The translations under genes were made by a program, and so were the position numbers. A stretch of DNA of 64,000 bases from Candidatus Marinacidobacterales bacterium (GTDB lineage: Bacteria > Acidobacteriota > Vicinamibacteria > Marinacidobacterales > DATDRI01), in NCBI GenBank assembly GCA_965219415.1, contig CBDCNP010000002.1:4224001-4288000 (forward strand), in the 5' to 3' direction. The notes below the pieces were generated by a model, which did no database searches, was not told the DNA's origin, and saw only the letters and a program-made list of their open reading frames with translations. Below are positions 41,151 through 51,415 of this stretch, in pieces. The stretch's first letter is position 1, and each line of letters starts with the position of its first letter.

Positions 41151-44100
41151 ATGACGAAAATCCGTTGCGCCATCTATACCCGAAAGAGCGCTGAAGAGGG
41201 TCTCGAACAGGATTTCAACTCCCTCGATGCGCAGCGAGAGGCCTGCGCCGCGTATGTCGCGAGCCAGAAAGCGGAGGGCTGGGTGCTGCTGCCAACCGTC
41301 TACGAGGACGCGGGGATCTCGGGAGGAACCCTGGAGCGCCCGGGCCTACAGCGCTTGCTCGCCGACATCGATGCCGGTCTCGTCGAGCAGATTGTGGTCT
41401 ACAAGGTCGACCGGCTGACCCGTTCCCTCTCCGACTTTGCGAAGCTCGTCGAGCGGCTCGAGGCGGCCGGCGCGGTTTTCGTCTCGGTGACTCAGTCCTT
41501 CAACACCGCGACCAGCATGGGACGACTGACGCTACATATGCTGCTGTCCTTCGCACAATTCGAGCGGGAGGTCACGGCCGAGCGGATCCGCGATAAGGTC
41601 GCTGCCTCCAAGCGCAAGGGACTATGGATGGGCGGCCGCGTACCGCTCGGCTATGAGAAGGACGAGCGCACGCTGCGCATCAACGAGGCTGAGGCCGAAA
41701 CGGTCCGGACGCTCTATGCGCTGTACCGGCAGCACGGAACGCTCCGGCAGGTGAAGGCCGACGCGGACCGTATGGGACTGCGCACCAAGCGACGCTTCGC
41801 CGCGGATGGAACCCTAACGGGCGGGCTGCCGTTCCGTCGCGGACACCTCCACTGCCTGCTGACCAATCCTCTCTACGCCGGCCGCATCCGGCACCAGAGG
41901 CGTGTCTACGAGGGCCAGCATCCATCGATCATTGCTCCGGAGCTCTGGGACATTGAGGCCGAATTCGCGCCCGCGCGAACCGTCGTAGCCGACGCAGAGA
42001 AGCGCCTACCAAAGCACCCACTTCTGTGGCGCGGACTCCCAGTGTCCTGCGCCTTCACACTTGTTTACCCGAAGTCGCTACAAGGCATGCCCGAGAGCCG
42101 GGCACGAACAGAACTGGAAACCTGCAACGACCTGAGATTCTCACAACTATTACCAAAAGAATTAGGGACACAATACCGTCTGTTCGCTGACCTGCACAGC
42201 ACAGCGACCAGCATCGGAACAACAGGAGGGTCAATCCGGACCCTCGCCGACTGTTTACATAGTTTCTGGCTACGTGCAGAAACCAGCAGTTTTGTCGAAG
42301 ATACTATCCGCGAGGCATCCAGCGCAATCGCACGCGCGAGCGAATTCCTGAAGAATGTTGGCGCACTACACCCACATGCGGGAGAGGACAGCGACGCGGC
42401 CGCAACGAGCGCTCTGATCTGGCTGAACGCCCTCCTGTTCCAGGAACTTCTCGCACAAAACTTGGCACCAGAGTCTCTCCCCGAGGAACACCGCAACAAA
42501 CGCATCCGGCCACCGGATCCCGAGGCGGACCCGGATACGCTGAGAGGTCAGTGGAAGGACATCCTCGACATTAACTGGTGGCCAATCTTTCACTACGCAA
42601 CAGAGGCACTTCGATCAGTCCCTTCACGACCGGCTGCGCTTGCACTGTCGGAACTGCAACCTGTAGCACGAACCATCGCGAAGCGCGGCGTGATCCGCCG
42701 CCACGATATCGCCGGACGAATCTTCCATCGCCTGCTGAAGACACGGAAGTTCCTCGCCACCAACTACACGACGATTCCGGCAGCCATTCTCCTGGCGAGA
42801 CTTGCGTTCGACCGTGAAGCAGAACCTTGGAAAAAGATCGTGTGGGAGAACCCCAAGGCAATTGGCAAACTGCGAATCGCCGACCCGGCGTGCGGCACCG
42901 GCACCTTGCTGATGGCGGCCGTCCAGGAGGTGCTAAAACAACATCGGCGTCACGCCAAACAGACAGAAGAACCACAAACGGTGCGCACGTTGCTGGAACA
43001 GACAATCCATGGGTACGACGTCGTTCCGGCGGCGATCCACCTTACCGCGGCCACCCTGGCAATGGCAGAGTCTCGGCAGGTCGTGAGTGACATGCCTCTA
43101 TACTGGATGCCGCACGACGTCAAGATACGGCCGCGCCTCGGCAGCCTTGACTTCCTTGCGAGGTCAACAGGAAAAGGCCAAGCGGACCACTTGCCGATGT
43201 TCCCGGAAGCCACGGAAGCTCCTGTCCGGACAACAGGAACTGGCAAGCGCAAGCACGACGTGTTGTTCATGCCAGATTGCGACTTGGTGATAGCGAACCC
43301 GCCATACACACGCGCCGGCGGGCCGGGCAGCAGAGAAAACACTGCCTGGAACCCAATCTTCGGCTCCGTCCTGTCAAAGAAGGACGCGGACAAAATGAAC
43401 CGAGCGCTCCAGCGAACCCTCAACGGCACGCCGGCAAGCACGTACGCCGGACTCGGTTCCGCATTCATAACACTCGCCGACGAGAAACTGAAACCAGGTG
43501 GCCGACTAGCATTCGTGCTACCCGCAACAGCTCTGACCGGAAGCCGCTGGGCACCAATACGGAAACTGCTGCTCGATAAGTACAACATCGAATGGGTTGT
43601 CGTGAGTCACGACGAAAGGAACCGGGCCGCAAGGCGCGGGTTGCCAGGAAGACTATATGTAGGATTCTCTGAATCAACCCGGATCGCCGAAACGCTCATC
43701 GTCGCTACGAAGGCGGCGCACCCTGGAGACCACCGCAAGCGGAGCGGCGTTACCCGATTCGTAAACCTCCGGCGCAACCCTGACGAGCCAATCGACGCGA
43801 TTGCAATCGCACGTGCCATTCTGTCGATGAAGACGCGACCGGGATCCAGGCCAAATGTGGAAGTCTCAGTCGGATCAACTATCTGGGGAGAAATACAGTA
43901 TGTCCCACAAGCAAAGCTAAACGAGGAGGCGTGGCTACACACCGTGTTCGTGCAATCACGACTGGCCGAAGCCACCCTCGCCCTGCAGAATGGAAGAATT
44001 CTCAACATCACGAACAAGGAATTACGGATCCCGATCACTCGCCTCGGGACGAGGCACGACCTCGGACCCTACGAAATGCAGATCAAGAATCCAAAGCAAG

Positions 44101-44747
44101 GACTCTTCACAATCACGGAAACGAATGATCCGCGCAGGGCCGGGCACCCAGCGCTGTGGCATCACAGCAGCACAGAAATAACGACGCTCGAGAGGAAAGC
44201 GAACGCACGACTACATGAGCGCGACGACAAGTCATCCATAAAACAAAAGGCGATGCTGGCCAGGAGCGGCCACCTACACATCGCGCGGGAACTCCGACAC
44301 GCACCACAACGGCTCGCGGCCGTAGTGACGAAGGAAGCAATGCTCGGGGTTCGTTCCTGGATCACAGCCATCCCCAAAGAGCGGATTGCAGGAGAAGAAG
44401 AAGCGCTGTGCCTGTGGCTGAACAGCACTCCAGGACTAATGCTACGCCTCGGCCACGCCAATCGACCGTACTTGGGCCGGAGCGCAGTACCACATGAGCT
44501 TCTCTACACCTTCCCGATCCTCGCGGTCGAGCAACTCTCGAAAGAACAACGACGAGCAGCACGCGAACTATTCAGTGACCTAAAAGGGAGACCGCTACAG
44601 GGCTTCGCACAGTTGGCTGAGGATCCAGTACGCCGTGAACTAGACCACCGGCTCTTTGCAGAAGTGCTCGGTCACGATTTCGCCGATGGACTTGACAAGC
44701 TCGCAGAGGCTCTGAATCGAGAGCCGACGATCACCGCAAGGCACTAA
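41151..44747 (+). CDS. In-frame fusion: large serine recombinase N-terminal half + type IIG-like restriction-modification protein
   Basis: YTRKS, DRLTR, FERE to ~41951; then IEAEF, DPACGTG (motif I), NPPY (motif IV). Confidence 0.8.
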   Translation: MTKIRCAIYTRKSAEEGLEQDFNSLDAQREACAAYVASQKAEGWVLLPTVYEDAGISGGTLERPGLQRLLADIDAGLVEQIVVYKVDRLTRSLSDFAKLVERLEAAGAVFVSVTQSFNTATSMGRLTLHMLLSFAQFEREVTAERIRDKVAASKRKGLWMGGRVPLGYEKDERTLRINEAEAETVRTLYALYRQHGTLRQVKADADRMGLRTKRRFAADGTLTGGLPFRRGHLHCLLTNPLYAGRIRHQRRVYEGQHPSIIAPELWDIEAEFAPARTVVADAEKRLPKHPLLWRGLPVSCAFTLVYPKSLQGMPESRARTELETCNDLRFSQLLPKELGTQYRLFADLHSTATSIGTTGGSIRTLADCLHSFWLRAETSSFVEDTIREASSAIARASEFLKNVGALHPHAGEDSDAAATSALIWLNALLFQELLAQNLAPESLPEEHRNKRIRPPDPEADPDTLRGQWKDILDINWWPIFHYATEALRSVPSRPAALALSELQPVARTIAKRGVIRRHDIAGRIFHRLLKTRKFLATNYTTIPAAILLARLAFDREAEPWKKIVWENPKAIGKLRIADPACGTGTLLMAAVQEVLKQHRRHAKQTEEPQTVRTLLEQTIHGYDVVPAAIHLTAATLAMAESRQVVSDMPLYWMPHDVKIRPRLGSLDFLARSTGKGQADHLPMFPEATEAPVRTTGTGKRKHDVLFMPDCDLVIANPPYTRAGGPGSRENTAWNPIFGSVLSKKDADKMNRALQRTLNGTPASTYAGLGSAFITLADEKLKPGGRLAFVLPATALTGSRWAPIRKLLLDKYNIEWVVVSHDERNRAARRGLPGRLYVGFSESTRIAETLIVATKAAHPGDHRKRSGVTRFVNLRRNPDEPIDAIAIARAILSMKTRPGSRPNVEVSVGSTIWGEIQYVPQAKLNEEAWLHTVFVQSRLAEATLALQNGRILNITNKELRIPITRLGTRHDLGPYEMQIKNPKQGLFTITETNDPRRAGHPALWHHSSTEITTLERKANARLHERDDKSSIKQKAMLARSGHLHIARELRHAPQRLAAVVTKEAMLGVRSWITAIPKERIAGEEEALCLWLNSTPGLMLRLGHANRPYLGRSAVPHELLYTFPILAVEQLSKEQRRAARELFSDLKGRPLQGFAQLAEDPVRRELDHRLFAEVLGHDFADGLDKLAEALNREPTITARH

Positions 44748-44772
44748 AGAACGCGTTGTTCGCCGCGAGAAG

Positions 44773-45479
44773 CTAGGTGATATCGGCGACCCACAGGCGG
44801 TCGGGCCGGTCCACCTCGAAATTCCTGTCGACGAGATCGGGGGCGGGACGGGCGTCGTCACAGCGAATCGTAGTGTGCGCCCTCTTGCGCCGGTGAACAC
44901 CTTGAATGCCAGCCTCGCGCATTAGCCGCGCTACACGCTTGCGTGAGACGTGGAGCTCGTGTGTCTCTCGTAGCTCGTGGAGGATCCTCGGCGCGCCGTA
45001 CGTGCTCCGCGACGCGGTGTGAATCGCCCGGATCTTCTCAAGCAACTCCGCATCCGACACCGCGCGGGCCGACGGGGCACGCTCAAGCCACGCATAGTAG
45101 CCGCTGGCGGAGACGTCCAGCAGTCGGCACATCGTGGCAACCGGTAGTGAATCCTGGTTCGCCCTCACGAATCGGAAGGCTTCGGTGGTACCGACTCGGT
45201 CTCCCGAGCGAACCAGGCCGCGGCTTTTGAGAGGATCTCCCGCTCCAACCGTAGTTGACGGTTCTCCCGTCGCAGGCGGCGGAGCTCCGCACGCTCCTCA
45301 CTCGTCAGACCGTCCTGCCTGCGACCCTCGTCGAGATCCGCCTGGTTCACCCAGTTCCGGATCGTCTGGCCCGAGGGCTCAAACTCTCGCGCCAGCTCTT
45401 CGGAGCCGCGGCCAGCTCGCACCAGCTCTACCATTTGGCGCCGGAACTCGGCCGCGTATCTGTTTCCCTGCTTTGACAT
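44773..45479 (-). mobile_element. IS3-family remnant (orfA 45165-45479 plus truncated orfB)
   Basis: EILSKAAAWFA; SASGYYAW, YGAPRI, LWVADIT. Confidence 0.9.
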
Positions 45480-45501
45480 CGTGGACTCCTGTCTCCCAAA
45501 G

Positions 45502-45667
45502 GGTGCTTGCGCTGTTTACTGTTGGTGATGTGTACGCATCCCTTTGCAAAAGAGGCGCTTACGCTCCATTTAGCGCGCAGCGAAGGTCACGAGCGCTATT
45601 TTGGCTGTAACTTAATGCACCGTAACGTCTTAGCGTCACATCACCAACACTTGATGACGGAAGCACC
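45502..45667 (+). mobile_element. IS1-derived MITE (type B)
   Basis: Copy; replaces the IS3 left end. Confidence 0.85.
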
Positions 45668-45711
45668 CCAAGTGTTGGGGCAATCGGTAGAGATCGAATT
45701 AGATTTTTTTT

Positions 45712-46017
45712 CTAGCTCCCCGCTGCTGAGCGTAGAGGCTCATAGCGCTCGACCTCGATCTCATTCTCTCTCGCCTGCGCTTGAGTGACATCGTAGGCCG
45801 CCTGCAACCGTATCCAGCTCTCCGTTGTCGAACCGAAAGCCTTGGCCAACCGAACCGCCATGTCACCGGAAATCCGGGCACGGCAATTCACTAGGTTCGA
45901 GAGCGCTTGGCGGCTGACCCCGAGCACCTTCGCACCTTCGGTGACGGTGAGGCTGAGCGGTTCCAGACAGGATACGCGCACCACCTTGCCGGGGTGCGGC
46001 GGGTTCTTCATCGGCAT
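45712..46017 (-). CDS. higA: HigA antitoxin
   Basis: PPHPG, LGVSRQALS, W.RLQAAYD. Confidence 0.9.
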   Translation of the reverse strand: MPMKNPPHPGKVVRVSCLEPLSLTVTEGAKVLGVSRQALSNLVNCRARISGDMAVRLAKAFGSTTESWIRLQAAYDVTQAQARENEIEVERYEPLRSAAGS

Positions 46018-46033
46018 CGCGGTTCTCCCTTCA

Positions 46034-46312
46034 TCAGTGATAGTCGATCAGCTCCACATCGTAGACGTCTCCATCCTCGAAACGGAAGATGATGCGCCAG
46101 TTGGCTCTCACGGTGACCGACCAGTAGCCCTTGAGTTTTCCCTTGAGGGCATGCAACCGGTATTTCGGCAGGCGCATTGCTTTAGGTGAGCTGGCGACAT
46201 CGAGCTGGGCGAGCATCACCTCCACCCTTTCGTGCAGGTCGGACCGGATGACGCTACGGTCGTCCCGTTCGTAGAAGCGCTTGAGTCCACGATGTCGGAA
46301 GCTCCGTATCAT
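46034..46312 (-). CDS. higB: HigB toxin
   Basis: MIRSFRHRGL, LHALKG, WSVTVRANWRIIFRF, IDYH. Confidence 0.92.
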   Translation of the reverse strand: MIRSFRHRGLKRFYERDDRSVIRSDLHERVEVMLAQLDVASSPKAMRLPKYRLHALKGKLKGYWSVTVRANWRIIFRFEDGDVYDVELIDYH

Positions 46313-46656
46313 TCACAAAATGTACAGTGTCTAATGACACTTGTCAATAAACGGTTGTGCCCGTATGGTGCAAAAACTCAGCCGGTCATCTTCGGCGGCC
46401 GTAAGTAGGTGTCCACGCGGCTCCTTTTTGGACGGTGCCGGCCATGGACAACGATGTCCCTGGGAATGTCATGACGTGAACCCGCATGCGTTAACCTTGT
46501 CCACGAAACCGGGTCAACTCCACCCCGACGAGACGCGCCCGCACTGCGGGCACTCCTTCGGTCTCTCCGTCACCCACAGCGCCAGTCCAAACCCTAGTCC
46601 GAATGTTACAATCACGGCTCCCTCAACCGATCCACCAGCCGGCGGCAGTGGCACCC

Positions 46657-46915
46657 CGTCCTGTGCCAAAACTCGGCCCTTTTGAAATAGCCCATAAATC
46701 AGCAACTTAGAGTCTGTGTTTTGCGACCGAGCCAAGGGCCTGGGCTCTACAATCGTCTGGCTCGAGGGCGTCCTGTGCTAAAACTCGGCCCTTTAGAAAT
46801 AGACCACAAATCAGCAGCTTAGACGCTCTTGGAATCCGCGCAGAATCCAGGGTATTTCGCGCCGCAGGGCTGACTTCCGACCCATGGGCTGGCGGATGAA
46901 TAAATAGAAGGCACA
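46657..46915 (+). repeat. Left TIR of the 356-aa IS (46657-46768) followed by a type A MITE (46769-46915)
   Basis: Direct similarity to other copies. Confidence 0.88.
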
Positions 46916-47566
46916 GGTTTGCATCACAACTGTTTCACGCCCTTCCCGGCGAAACTCACGAGCTAGATCCTCGGCATCCGCCCGATAAACGAATTCCCCG
47001 ACCCAAACACGATAGTAGAGCCGACCGCTCGCCCGGAATCCAGAGATCTCGACCGGATGATGTCCTTCCCGCTTGATCTCATCGGCGAGCTCTTTGGCGG
47101 CCGACTCGTCGCGGAACGAGCCGAGCTGGACTCTCCAACGGGTGGCCAGACGACTTTGATCTACTTGGATGACTTCAATCTGGACCGGCGCTACGCCCTT
47201 TTGGACCATGTCGATCGCCTTCGCCGCGCCGTAGGAAAGATCCAGGACCCGTCCGTCGATAAAAGGGCCCCGGTCGTTGACCACCACCACCACGCTGCGC
47301 CCGTTATCGGGGTCGGTGACCCGCAACACGGTGCCGAAGGGAAAGGTCCGATGGGCTGCAGTGAACCGTTCAGGGTCCATCGGCTCTCCGCTCGCGGTGG
47401 CCCGACCTTCTTCTTCCAGCCCGTACCAGGAAGCAAGGCCCTCGAAAGTGGTTCCGCGAAGCGGAGCCGGGGCTGGCGTGCCGGAGGGTGTCGTCGCCGA
47501 CGGTCCGCGGCTGGCACAGGCCGCGACAAAAGAGCAAAGCAGGATTGTGGGGAAAGTCCGCTTCAC
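46916..47566 (-). CDS. rlpA: RlpA septal lytic transglycosylase with SPOR domain; native end replaced by MITE read-through (stop at 46811)
   Basis: FVAAC, GLASWYG, TAAHRTFPFG, VNDRGPF, VQLGSF. Confidence 0.88.
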
Positions 47567-47737
47567 AAACTTTGATTATACCTGCTTTGCCGTCGTGTCC
47601 GAACGGGAGAACCCGACGTGGGGATATACGCGCCTGCGGGCGCAGTCAAGAGCCTCGGACATGAACTCGGACGCAACACCATCAAGAGGGTTGTGCCTTC
47701 TATTTATTGGGGATTATATACGAAAGTCCCGAAAGCG

Positions 47738-48019
47738 ATGATTAAGGTGGACGAAGCATTTTGTCAGCGTTGCGACTCGCCAGGGGGGAGGGAAACGTTA
47801 CGGAATCAAGTATGTATGCCACTCGACGGTCGCGTGCAATGTATTGACTTCTGTATTCATAAAATCGTCGCGGCCTTGAACGCCGGCGGAATCCGTACCG
47901 TGGCTAGTTGCTGCGGGCATGGAAATATACCAGGGCGCATCGACTTAGATGATGGAAGGACGCTGGCAATAGTGAATGATTCCGCTCAGCTTGTGTGGCA
48001 GTCGTTAGAGCAGAAATAG
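47738..48019 (+). CDS. Small Cys-rich hypothetical protein
   Basis: IDFCI...LNAGGIRTVASCCGHG. Confidence 0.5.
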   Translation: MIKVDEAFCQRCDSPGGRETLRNQVCMPLDGRVQCIDFCIHKIVAALNAGGIRTVASCCGHGNIPGRIDLDDGRTLAIVNDSAQLVWQSLEQK

Positions 48020-48192
48020 CATCCGTTCACCTGCGTATAGTATTTGAGCGCTTCAACAACCGCTGGGACGCAGGAATGGAAATCGCCGAGATAAATTCGG
48101 TTCTCAGTGAACGGTAGCCAGGCGCATCCTGCCTTGTGAACTTCATGATCTCCATTCGATTGTTCGTTCCTGTTCACATAGTAGCGTGCCAT
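47986..48192 (-). CDS. Small conserved Cys/His hypothetical protein
   Basis: YYVNRNEQSNGDHEVH...NGCYFC; AGAAAGG RBS. Confidence 0.6.
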   Translation of the reverse strand: MARYYVNRNEQSNGDHEVHKAGCAWLPFTENRIYLGDFHSCVPAVVEALKYYTQVNGCYFCSNDCHTS

Positions 48193-48230
48193 TATGTGGT
48201 CCCTTTCTGGATGAGTCCTCAAACCATCGC

Positions 48231-48449
48231 CTAGTTTCGTGGGGGGCGTCGATTCCTCGGCTTGTCGATGAGCCGGACGTTGATCGGGTCTTTCAACAGT
48301 AGCTGCGCCAGTTCCTCCGGCGTCATCGGCTCCTTGAGTGCAAAGCCGTCTAGCATCTCCGCCTTGGTCGGCTGGTAGTCCGAACTCACAAACTCCACGG
48401 TCTTGGGCTTACTGTTCTTTGCCACTTCCTTTCTCCCTCCTAGTTCCAT
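48231..48449 (-). CDS. Hypothetical protein
   Basis: YQPTKAEM...TPEELA; strong RBS before the internal GTG. Confidence 0.45.
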   Translation of the reverse strand: MELGGRKEVAKNSKPKTVEFVSSDYQPTKAEMLDGFALKEPMTPEELAQLLLKDPINVRLIDKPRNRRPPRN

Positions 48450-48506
48450 AGATGAAACACCAACCTGACGAGTATTCCAATAGCGCTGGCCAGGGTTGCG
48501 ATTATC

Positions 48507-49706
48507 GGTGCTTCCGCCATCAAGTGTTGCTACGCTGCTGCGGGCAGTGGTACAGGTTCGGAAGAGACCGGGTTGCGCGCCCTACTGAGCAGGAAAACCT
48601 CGATCCGCGACCACAAAGGAATCGTCGTCGCCAAGAAGATGTCTCGAAAGGTGAGCCGTCGCGTGGTCAGACCGGCCTGCATAGCCGGAGTTCGGATCTC
48701 ACGTCCGAACTTCAGAGCTCCGTGCGGTCGGACGAAGTTGTAATAGCAACGGAGCAACTCCAGGTGCTCATCGAGCCTCTCCGTCGAGCGAGCGTGGGAA
48801 AGCGTTCGTCTCGAAAGGTATGCCGAGCTTTGCCGGATGGTCAGATTCAACCGCTCGATAAACGACGTGTTCAATGTCGAAGAGTCCTCGGAGTTATTGA
48901 GCGCGTCTTCGAATCGCCACGCGGCTCCGTGCAGCGCTCTCCGTTCGACCTTGATGATGCGATCGTTCCTGCGCGTTTTTAGGACCTGGCCGTAGAGACA
49001 CGCTGGACCGAAGAAGCGACGGATGACCTTCTGGTAGAATTCGAATCCATCCGTGACGATCAGGGGAAGACGCTCGAAATTCATCCGTCTCGAAAGGTCG
49101 CGAAACAGAGCGTGAGTGTTCCGGTAGCTTCGCCTTCCCGTCACCGTCGATGGCCAGAGCCGAGACCAGACCTCGATTGTAACGAAAACCCAACTCGGTG
49201 TCTTCTTGTTGCCCGCGAACGTGCGAATCTCGTCGGCTTGAAGCTCTTCGGCAGCGAAGCCAGCGATCCTTCTGTGATTGAATCGACGACACACTTGGGC
49301 TGCCTTCTCGAGCCAGCGGGCGACGGTGTTCCAGGCAATCCCTTTGATCCGGGAAATCGAGGAAATGCTGACACCCTCGACTCTGAGAGCGATGACCACA
49401 TCGAAAGTAGCTCTTCGATGTTGGAGACGGTAGTAGGGCGTGCCTTTCGTCGAGGAGAACGTCTTTCCGCACTCGCCGCACCGGTATCGACGGCGTTTCC
49501 CGGACCTGGTTCGGTAGAATCCGTGGCGAACGATGTTTCCGGAACTGACTTTGCCCCGCAACGGACATGCGAGATTGAGACATCTGCGATTCTTCACTTT
49601 GGCTCGGCCCTGACGATGAGAGAACTGTGTCTTCGGAATTCTGGTCCAAACTCTAGCACGCAGACGGGTTAGGGGCTGGCCGCCAACACTTAATTGCGGA
49701 AGCACC
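48507..49706 (-). mobile_element. IS1-family element, complete (1200 bp), CDS ~48530-49597, no TSD
   Basis: IRs GGTGCTTCCGC.AT.AAGTGTTG; zinc finger C..C/CGECG, QADE, VTDG, NTSFIER. Confidence 0.9.
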
Positions 49707-49948
49707 GGAAAGTCGAGGAGCTTCGCAACGAGCTTCTCCCGCAAGGCACGTCGGAGGAATCAGCAGCTTAACCGAGCGCGGGGAACCGTACGGAGATTTG
49801 ACAGGAAAATTAAGACTTGACCCTAACGGTGCATTAAATTACAGCCAAATTAGCGTTCGTGACCTTCGCTGCGCGCTAAATGGAGCGTAAGCGCCTTTTT
49901 TTGCAAAGGGATGCGTACACATCACCAACAGTAAACGGCGCAAGCACC
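49707..49948. repeat. IS256 right-end remnant (49707-49822) and partial IS1 MITE (49826-49948)
   Basis: Identity to 9309-9424 and to MITE B. Confidence 0.85.
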
Positions 49949-50011
49949 CCTCGATGGCCGGGAGGCAGCGAATCACGGGTGTTGCTGTTGGGTGTCGAGA
50001 GCACAAACCCT

Positions 50012-51415
50012 TCAGCGAGGCGTTGCTGAAAGGGCGGGTGAGGCTGACCATCCCCGACGGTTGGTATGAAAACGTCTGTAATCCTCAAAGGCGAACCAGA
50101 TTGTAATCAGAGTTGCCACTACAGCTATCACCAAAAACAATTCAATCACGCTCTGCCACCCCCACGTTACAACCATTCTGCCACCTGCAATGAGATATAG
50201 CATTGAAGCGAAATAGGCAGCAGCATCTACTAGCCCTACCAGCAGACCGCTGTGTTTTCCGCCAAATTCGTTAGAAAAGACACTCGGTGGCAGATAGTAC
50301 GTTGGAGCAAGTGTGAATCCGTAAAAAAACAGAATCACAATCGCAAGAGGAAATTTGAAGGAATCCGGAATCATTGGCAGCTCCTTCAAACACCACAGTG
50401 CTGCAACGCAAACGCTGGTAGCTCCCAACAGTCCACCTAAGAGACCGACTCTTCCCTTTCGTGAGACGCCGTCATATATGAATCCTCCCGCAACCAAGGC
50501 AAGCAAACATCCGAGTGGAAATGCGGAGGCCCAAGAAGCGGCCTGCGCAGATGATACCCCTTCAAAAGAAGCAAGATAAAGCGGCAGAAAAATAAGAAAA
50601 TCCATCAATATAGTCGTACACATGAGACTCAAGCAGATTAGCCAGAAACGTCCGCTTCTTGCGAAAGCCCATAGTGCTTCGGCTGGATTCTTGTCATCTA
50701 GAAAGTGAGGTGCGTTCTGTTCAGTATTGGGCTCGTCTTGTCTACCAGAGCCTTCTGGCGCGACTTGATCCTCCAAAGCTGGAAGCCCAACATCCTTCGG
50801 GTGCGCTTTAAGATAGAAAAAGATACCTGCTGCTACGCATAGACTCATGACCCCGGCAGTACGAAATACATTTTGCCAGGAGAACACTGTGAGCAGCGTT
50901 CCCAAAAATATCAGTGATATGGAAGCACTCAGACGAGAACTGGTTGAAAGCGCGCTCCACACTCGGCCATATTTTGTCGACGGATACCATACCGAAATGA
51001 TACTTGCCATGGAGGGCCAGCTTGCTGCCATTGCAAACAGCATAAAGAAATTTATAGTCGCAAAGAGGGTAGTAGAGGTGCCCCAGCTAAAGGTAACTGT
51101 GAGGAAGGCAGTGACAGAGAGAGCCATTAAGAATACTCTCCGTCCACCGAGCCAATCTGCAATCACTCCGGTAAGGAGTTTTCCCGCAATCATTCCCGCC
51201 ATTCCCCAGGCTGCAATATCCCCGTAGCTGGCTTCGTCAAGTTCGAGGTTGGGATCGTTTATCATTTCAGGGCTTGCGACTGCGAGAGCTGTCCTGGAGA
51301 GAATGAATGCCATATACCCGATATACATGCTACCGAGGATAGTGAACTCCCAATGTGTTCTGTTCTGAGCCAACGCATTGTTTGGGATCCGCGACTGAGG
51401 GAGCATCCACCTCAA
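50012..51415 (-). CDS. MFS transporter (GlpT/UhpC-like); termini uncertain
   Basis: About 12 hydrophobic helices, G..ADWLGGRR, WYP...GR. Confidence 0.85.
   Translation of the reverse strand: MRWMLPQSRIPNNALAQNRTHWEFTILGSMYIGYMAFILSRTALAVASPEMINDPNLELDEASYGDIAAWGMAGMIAGKLLTGVIADWLGGRRVFLMALSVTAFLTVTFSWGTSTTLFATINFFMLFAMAASWPSMASIISVWYPSTKYGRVWSALSTSSRLSASISLIFLGTLLTVFSWQNVFRTAGVMSLCVAAGIFFYLKAHPKDVGLPALEDQVAPEGSGRQDEPNTEQNAPHFLDDKNPAEALWAFARSGRFWLICLSLMCTTILMDFLIFLPLYLASFEGVSSAQAASWASAFPLGCLLALVAGGFIYDGVSRKGRVGLLGGLLGATSVCVAALWCLKELPMIPDSFKFPLAIVILFFYGFTLAPTYYLPPSVFSNEFGGKHSGLLVGLVDAAAYFASMLYLIAGGRMVVTWGWQSVIELFLVIAVVATLITIWFAFEDYRRFHTNRRGWSASPALSATPR

Noticed and set aside
15975-46915. 147-bp repeats as a CRISPR array
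   Set aside because: Repeats are too long, irregularly spaced, in both orientations and carry transposon-type ends; no cas genes seen.
48530-49744. 404-aa ORF start at 49744
   Set aside because: The N-terminal extension crosses the IS1 IR into antisense IS256 sequence; the real start is near 49597.
49949-50070. Structured-looking non-coding segment possibly from another IS110-type element
   Set aside because: No adjacent transposase or second copy in the window to support it.
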